Shown here: in pieces, positions 46,660 through 51,928 of the stretch
Layout: the number at the start of each line of letters is the position of its first letter
How positions within the stretch are numbered: the first letter of the stretch is position 1
DNA from: Candidatus Omnitrophota bacterium
Lineage (GTDB): Bacteria; Omnitrophota; Gorgyraeia; Tantalellales; Tantalellaceae
Direction: 5' to 3'
NCBI GenBank assembly: GCA_043816025.1
Contig: JBDRIH010000048.1
Span: forward strand, 1 to 51,928
DNA: 51,928 nt
Position numbers and translations under genes: made by a program
Notes under the pieces: generated by a model
What the model saw: only the letters and a program-made list of their open reading frames with translations
The model's database searches: none
Told to the model about the DNA's origin: nothing

Positions 46660-48525
46660 ATGCAAATGCGTGAAAATATTTTGATAATCCTGCTTCTTTT
46701 AGTTGCCGCTGCGGTGTGTTATAACGCCGTTTTAGACGCGGGATTTATCTGGGATGACGAGTACATAGTCCTGCAGAACCCACTTATCCGAGCACCTCTC
46801 GGGTCTTTTCAGATTTTCAGGCAGGACATTATAAATTCCGGTTTTCATTCCACAGTATACTACAGGCCCATCCAGATACTGAGCTATGCTATAGATTACC
46901 GTTTATGGGGGATGTCTTCTTCCGCGTTCCACGGGGTTAATGTTTTTCTGCATTTTTTGAACGGTGTACTGGTCTTTTTCTTTACATGGAAGATCACCGG
47001 GGAGAAAGTGGTTTCTTTGCTTGCTGCGATGCTGTTCGTGATCCATCCCGTGCATGCGGGAGCGGTTTCGTATATTTCAAGCAGGACGGATCTTTTGTTC
47101 TTCTTCTTTGGTTTTCTGTGCATGTTGTTTTACGTATTCTTTGTCCAGCGAAGAAGATATATCTTGCTGGGTATGAGCGTTTTCTGTCTGGTCCTTGCGC
47201 TTCTCAGTAAGGAGGCGGCGGTTGTGTTTCCGCTTCTTTTGCTTCTTTTGGACGCGACGGTCCTGCGCGGGAAATACAGGTCCAGACTGGCGTATCATGT
47301 TCCTAACTTTTTCGCGGCGGGCGGATATATCGCCCTGCATCACTTTATCTTCAGCCAGCGGCATTTCATGGTTTTCTCACCCGGCGCCTTCGCATCAAGC
47401 ATTGTAAAGTATTTCCGGATAGTCAGGGAGTTCCTGGTGCTTGGCTTTTTCCCTGTTGACATGCATATGAGAAGGGGCTTAGAAAGCCCAGGGGTGGGCT
47501 TGCTTCCCGTTCTGGTAGGGATATTTTTTATCTTTTCTTTTGTTTTCTTAAGGAACAGGCGAAGGATACTGCTGTTTGCGCTCGGGTTTTTTCTTATAGC
47601 GCTTGTTCCTTTTTTCTTCGTGACGGGATACTTTAAGGTGGTCGCGGAACACTGGATGTACCTGGCCAGCTACGGTCTCTTTCTTTTTACGGCGACGGCC
47701 CTTGTAACGCTTTATCAGCATAGAGGAATATTCGGAAGAAGTGTGGTTGCGGGGGTGATACTACTGGTTATAGTCTATTGTTCCGCGAACACGATCAGGC
47801 AGAATGTCTACTGGCGGGAGGACGTATCCTTAAGCGACCGGGTTCTTGCTTTTTCGGCTCAGGATATGCCCGCTATGCATTACAAGGCGGTTTCGTATTT
47901 AAAAAGCGGCCGGGACGACGAGATGATGGAGATAATGGATGAGTATGCGAAAAATAATCCCCGGGACGCCCGGGCGTGGTATATCAAAGGGCGCTTAACA
48001 CTTGCCGCCGGTAAGACGGAGGAAGCCGAACAGGATTTCAAGGAAGCAGTCAGAGTAGATCCGACCTACGATAACGGTTACATGGGATTGGCCCTGGCAG
48101 CTTTCATAAAAGGCCAGAGTCATATCGGGATAGAGTACCTGGAACAGGTTATAGAGATCAACCCGAAACATTCCGAGGCGCTTCTTATCCTTGGCTCTGC
48201 TTACTCGGAAGCAGGCCAGAATCAAAAGTCCCTTCAGACGGCGAAGAAAGCCGTGGAAATCAACCCTTACGATTATGATTCCCTTGTCAATCTCGGTACC
48301 GCATATACACGTCAGGGGTACCTTCAGGAAGGCGCCAGATACTATCTGGAGGCCACACGTCTTTATCCGGAAAGGCCCTTGGCCTATTATAACCTCGCTC
48401 ATGTTTTTCTTGCGGGCGGACAGGAGCAGGAAGCTGCCAAGTGGCTCCGCAAGGCTCTGGATGTGGATCCGTCCTTCACCCCCGCAATAGAACTTCTTCA
48501 CAAAATGCGTTCAGACAACAAGTAA
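46660..48525 (+). CDS. TMTC-like multi-pass GT-C glycosyltransferase with C-terminal TPR repeats
   Basis: FIWDD, YYRP, HPVH..AV.YIS.R, SKE and AEHWMY motifs; multiple TM helices followed by several TPRs. Confidence 0.8.
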   Translation: MQMRENILIILLLLVAAAVCYNAVLDAGFIWDDEYIVLQNPLIRAPLGSFQIFRQDIINSGFHSTVYYRPIQILSYAIDYRLWGMSSSAFHGVNVFLHFLNGVLVFFFTWKITGEKVVSLLAAMLFVIHPVHAGAVSYISSRTDLLFFFFGFLCMLFYVFFVQRRRYILLGMSVFCLVLALLSKEAAVVFPLLLLLLDATVLRGKYRSRLAYHVPNFFAAGGYIALHHFIFSQRHFMVFSPGAFASSIVKYFRIVREFLVLGFFPVDMHMRRGLESPGVGLLPVLVGIFFIFSFVFLRNRRRILLFALGFFLIALVPFFFVTGYFKVVAEHWMYLASYGLFLFTATALVTLYQHRGIFGRSVVAGVILLVIVYCSANTIRQNVYWREDVSLSDRVLAFSAQDMPAMHYKAVSYLKSGRDDEMMEIMDEYAKNNPRDARAWYIKGRLTLAAGKTEEAEQDFKEAVRVDPTYDNGYMGLALAAFIKGQSHIGIEYLEQVIEINPKHSEALLILGSAYSEAGQNQKSLQTAKKAVEINPYDYDSLVNLGTAYTRQGYLQEGARYYLEATRLYPERPLAYYNLAHVFLAGGQEQEAAKWLRKALDVDPSFTPAIELLHKMRSDNK

Positions 48526-48592
48526 GGCTGCTTGTACTACTCCTAGGTCCGGCTAGAAGAAACAAATCTGAAACCTTTTCCGTTCAGCGAAA

Positions 48593-48677
48593 GTTAAAGC
48601 CATTTGCCATGCTCCTACCAGGGCCCCTCCGCCCGGTGTGGATCCTCCCTGTACGGAGCTTGGCAAACGACTTTAAC
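48593..48677. repeat. 85-nt imperfect hairpin
   Basis: Paired segments gttaaag/ctttaac, tttgcca/tggcaaa, gctcc/ggagc, tac/gta and aggg/ccct. Confidence 0.65.
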
Positions 48678-48726
48678 CTGCCAGATCTTGCCAAATCTAA
48701 CCTGGTTAGATTTGGCAGGTTAGATC
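48674..48726. repeat. TAACCTG/ATCTAACC palindromic family, copy 4
   Basis: taacctgccagatcttgccaaatctaacctggttagatttggcaggttagatc; resembles the reverse complement of copy 3 minus one internal unit. Confidence 0.8.
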
Positions 48727-48742
48727 CTTTCGTTCTTGGATA

Positions 48743-48945
48743 ACTAGGTTTTAAAAGCCATGTTCTGGATGAGCATTGCAGGATTTTAGTATTTTTATAA
48801 CTTTTTAAAGGATAAAGTGTAAATTACTGTTTGAGCGCTTGATATCATAGATATCAAGCGCGAGTTAATTTACACCCTTTAAAAAGTTAGTAAAATGCGT
48901 TAAGAAATCCTGCGCGAAGAAAGAATATGGCTTTTAAAACCTAGT
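48743..48945 (+). repeat. ~200-nt rod-like hairpin element, copy 2
   Basis: 24-bp terminal stem actaggttttaaaagccatgttct/agaatatggcttttaaaacctagt; core homologous to 284-479. Confidence 0.88.
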
Positions 48946-49046
48946 GCTGCGATAGACAGGGAATTTGAATTTCTGCCCCGCCTTGACAATGGCACCTTGG
49001 TATGATACTCTTTGGTTAAAATATATACTTTAGCTGCTATAATATT

Positions 49047-50063
49047 ATGTTTAAATTAGGCAAGACAAAAGAAGAATCGGTTGGGCTTGATATAGGGAGT
49101 TATTCCGTAAAAGTCGCCGCTATAAGGAAAGAAGCCGGAGAAAATACGCTCACAGCGTACGATATCAAAAAAATCCCCCTTGACCAGAAAGACATAAAAG
49201 TAGAATACCGCATAAGAGAAGCCCTCGACGAGATCAATCTTCATCCGGATACGGTAAACCTATCGATATCCGGGCCCGACGTGATCGTTCGGTTTATAAA
49301 CCTTCCAAAGATGAATCGGGAGCAGTTGCAAAACGCCATGGTCTTCGAGGCCGAAAAATACATCCCGTTCAATATCAGCGAAGTGGTTCTTGACTTTATA
49401 ATATTGGGCAACGCTCCCGAAGCCGGTCAGATGAGAGTGCTTCTGGCTGCCGCTAAACGCGAAACTGTCGAGTCCCGGGTAAAGGTGATAGAAGACCTGA
49501 ATATGACGGTAAACGCCATGGATATCAATCCGTTCGCGGTGTTTAATGCCTTTACTGAGTCCTATCCGCTCTCGGGGGATGACGGCAACGCATTTTTAGA
49601 CCTTGGTCATTCCGGGACCGACGTGTTGGTATCGATCGGCGAGATTCCATGTTTTATGAGGCAGATACAGATAGGCGGTAAGGATGTTGCCGATGCGATC
49701 TGCCATAATTTGTCCGTTTCCCAGGAAAAAGCCGAAGAGTACAAAGTCGGCCTCGGGGGACCGGATAAAGAAGCAATCACCCAGGCCACCGTGCCAATTC
49801 TGGATGATCTTATCACGGAAGTGCAGCTTTCCTTCGGTTATTTTGAAAACAGATATAATAAAGGCGTCAGTAATATTTACTGTTCCGGAGGTATGATTTT
49901 TCAGGAAGGGGTAGCTGACTATTTGACTAAAAAACTGGGTATACAGGTAAAGAAATGGAACCCGGTGGAAGGCATAGGAATTTCCGAAAACCTTTCAAGA
50001 GAGGATATAGATTCGGTCGCGTCTCAACTTGCGGTCAGTATCGGACTGGCGCTCAGGGACTAA
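49047..50063 (+). CDS. pilM: Type IV pilus assembly protein PilM
   Basis: GLDIGSYSVK, EAEKYIPF...V.LDF, LLAAAK and SGG actin-like motifs. Confidence 0.92.
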   Translation: MFKLGKTKEESVGLDIGSYSVKVAAIRKEAGENTLTAYDIKKIPLDQKDIKVEYRIREALDEINLHPDTVNLSISGPDVIVRFINLPKMNREQLQNAMVFEAEKYIPFNISEVVLDFIILGNAPEAGQMRVLLAAAKRETVESRVKVIEDLNMTVNAMDINPFAVFNAFTESYPLSGDDGNAFLDLGHSGTDVLVSIGEIPCFMRQIQIGGKDVADAICHNLSVSQEKAEEYKVGLGGPDKEAITQATVPILDDLITEVQLSFGYFENRYNKGVSNIYCSGGMIFQEGVADYLTKKLGIQVKKWNPVEGIGISENLSREDIDSVASQLAVSIGLALRD

Positions 50064-50078
50064 AGGGACAATAAAATC

Positions 50079-50720
50079 ATGATAGAACTGAACTTATTAC
50101 CCAAAGAACTTCGAAAAAAGAAAAAGCCCCCGGCACAATTGCCCCGGATACCGGTCCTTCCTATAGCGGCGGGTGTGGCAGTAGTTCTTGTCGTTATGCA
50201 CATTTTATTTGTACTCTTTGTAATGAATAATAATCGTCTTTCCAGGACGCTAAAGGCCAAGTGGGAACAGATACAGCCCGAGAGAGAAAAGACGGAGAGT
50301 ATTGCCAGGGAAACCAACGCGCTCCAGAGGAGGATTACGGCTGTAAAAGAGGTTTCAAGACCTGAAATCAGCTGGGCGAGGCTCTTGAGCGGGTTAAGTC
50401 AAGCGATGATCCCGAACGTCTGGCTTTCTGATTTTGAGCTTAAATTCGATGGCCGTGCGTATAATATCAAGAAAGGAAGCGAGAGGCCGACAACGCTTAT
50501 TCTTACAGGATACGCGCTCGGTAAAAGCGAAGCGGCGACGACCGCCGTCGCAAAACTAATAAATAGTCTGAAACGAGACAAGGACTTCTCTGAATATTTC
50601 GCGGATGTCGAACTGCAAGACATGCGAACTCATGAGATAGCGGGGGAAGAGGCCATGGCATTTAGCCTTGCCTGTGATTTTAAAAAACAGGCAAAACCGG
50701 TTAAGCCGAGGGAAAAATGA
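50079..50720 (+). CDS. pilN: Type IV pilus assembly protein PilN
   Basis: ELNLLP motif, TM helix, coiled coil and P.VWL. Confidence 0.88.
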   Translation: MIELNLLPKELRKKKKPPAQLPRIPVLPIAAGVAVVLVVMHILFVLFVMNNNRLSRTLKAKWEQIQPEREKTESIARETNALQRRITAVKEVSRPEISWARLLSGLSQAMIPNVWLSDFELKFDGRAYNIKKGSERPTTLILTGYALGKSEAATTAVAKLINSLKRDKDFSEYFADVELQDMRTHEIAGEEAMAFSLACDFKKQAKPVKPREK

Positions 50721-51322
50721 TAGATCTTAAAACGATCAATCTGGAGACAGATAAAATAAAAGAATTTTTAAGTGACGCGCAGAACAGGATGTACCTTATC
50801 CTGGGCGCGACGTTTGTCCTCGCGGCGCTATACCTGAGTTTTATCATAGTTCCCAAATTTAACGAACTGTCCATGGTCTCCCGGACAGTGAGAGAGCTTA
50901 GCAATAACATAAACCTTGTCGAGGGCAGGATGAAACGCCTGGACGAGATGACCAAAAGATTGGAAGAGCTGAGAGAGGAACAGGCCAGTTATTCCAAACA
51001 GCTTCCTGCGCAGAAAGAGATCCCGGCGTTTCTGGAGGGTCTGGCCTCGACGGCGAAGAAATCGAATGTCCGGATATTAGGCGTTGACCCGGGTGAATTT
51101 ATCGGAGAGGAGGCGGGAGAGAAAGACAAGCGGTATTATCTGGAGATGCCGATCGTTATAACCGCGAGGAGCGGGTACCATCAACTTGGACATTTTATCA
51201 ACAACCTCGAACAGGGAGAGCGGTTTATCACGATCGAAGACCTGCGGATACAATATGACAATAAGCTCCCCAGAACGCATAACGTGAAAATAGTTTTGAA
51301 GACTTATGTGTCGGTGGAATGA
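50717..51322 (+). CDS. pilO: Type IV pilus assembly protein PilO
   Basis: TM helix, coiled coil, LP..KEIP..L and YH.LG.FI..LE motifs. Confidence 0.9.
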   Translation: MIDLKTINLETDKIKEFLSDAQNRMYLILGATFVLAALYLSFIIVPKFNELSMVSRTVRELSNNINLVEGRMKRLDEMTKRLEELREEQASYSKQLPAQKEIPAFLEGLASTAKKSNVRILGVDPGEFIGEEAGEKDKRYYLEMPIVITARSGYHQLGHFINNLEQGERFITIEDLRIQYDNKLPRTHNVKIVLKTYVSVE

Positions 51323-51672
51323 TGAAAATAAATAAGGCAATTTTTATCTTTTTTTTGATATTCATGGCGTCTCAGCACGTTTATGGGGCCGCTTTCAAGT
51401 ACACTTCGTATGACCGCAGGGATCCTTTCGTTCCGCTAGTCGGCGTTCCCCAGGAAGGGACAACCGCAGGGGTATTGGGTATCCTTACTATAGATGATGT
51501 CGAACTTGGTGGTATTGCGGTCGACCCCGACGGCAAGCGCAGCGTTATAATCAATAATGAAATAATGAGAGAAGGGGACGGTATCGGGCATCTATCCGTA
51601 GAATCGATAGGCACGAACGTTGTGAAGGTAAAGATAAATGGAGAAAGCCACGAGCTGAAACTTTATGAATAA
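51319..51672 (+). CDS. pilP: PilP-like protein
   Basis: Signal peptide, RRDPFVP and L.GI...VIINN...EGD.IG motifs; follows pilO. Confidence 0.7.
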   Translation: MMKINKAIFIFFLIFMASQHVYGAAFKYTSYDRRDPFVPLVGVPQEGTTAGVLGILTIDDVELGGIAVDPDGKRSVIINNEIMREGDGIGHLSVESIGTNVVKVKINGESHELKLYE

Positions 51673-51693
51673 GGGTTTTGAAGTCTTTTAAAG

Positions 51694-51788
51694 ATCCCTC
51701 GACCTTGGCCTTCTTGGCCTCGTTCTCGGGATAAATTCGCACTTATAACTTATGTTCGCTACTGCTTCATAAGTTATGTGCTCATTTA
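51694..51788 (-). repeat. Two adjacent REP-like hairpins with YGAG...CGAR internal loops
   Basis: Minus strand: taaaTGAGcac-ataacttatg...cataagttat-aagtgCGAAttta and atccCGAG...gtCGAGggat. Confidence 0.65.
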
Positions 51789-51856
51789 AAGGAGCTACAA
51801 TGATAATTTAGCGCATCCGAACAAGTGGTATACTTAAAATAAACGGGAGGTGCGCT

Positions 51857-51928
51857 ATGCAGTATATCGGAGTGGATAACCACAAGAAATTCAGTTATCT
51901 GGCGATCATGGACGAAAAGGGAAAGATA
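51857..51928 (+). mobile_element. IS110-family transposase, N-terminal fragment truncated by the window end
   Basis: RBS gggagg, then MQYIGVDNHKKFSYLAIMDEKGKI, which matches the YxGxDxHK first strand of the IS110 DEDD domain; only 24 codons visible. Confidence 0.78.

Noticed and set aside
27835-48726. Integron attC sites (ATCTAAC...GTTAGAT fits RYYYAAC...GTTRRRY)
   Set aside because: The elements are short or near-perfect palindromes without clear extrahelical bases, they flank core genes, and no integron integrase is present.
48530-48740. c-di-GMP riboswitch upstream of pilM; ORF 48441-48743
   Set aside because: Only an isolated ggcaaac word without the two-stem architecture; the ORF is built from repeat sequence.

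Overview
This 52-kb bacterial chromosomal window is coded almost entirely on the + strand; gene content and pilin style suggest a PVC-related lineage such as Omnitrophota (inference only). It opens with PC4-like and PilZ genes, then a dcw cluster (mraZ, rsmH, ftsL, ftsI, murE, murF, mraY, murD, ftsW, murG, murC, murB, ddl, ftsQ, ftsA). The cluster ends in a strongly degenerate ftsA with no ftsZ, followed by a ~2.9-kb accessory patch carrying two exported proteins, repeats and tRNA-like att relics. Next come proC, yggT, yggU, mtnP, ileS, a TraR/DksA gene, lspA, lgt, rluD, aroA, mreBCD, mrdA, rodA and a radical SAM gene. A large type IV pilus region follows (degenerate GGDEF, pilT, stand-alone MshEN, two pilB, pilC, three tandem pilins, a TMTC-like glycosyltransferase, pilMNOP), and the window ends in the first 24 codons of an IS110-family transposase. 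Highlights: (1) an FtsA apparently lacking the FtsZ-binding subdomain 2B in an ftsZ-less dcw cluster; (2) a family of long covarying hairpin elements sharing a YGAG...CGAR internal loop; (3) two pilin paralogues that appear to start at CTG; (4) short palindromic repeat families, some supplying stop codons of core genes; (5) two single-G frameshifts. All calls come from manual reading; no database searches were run.
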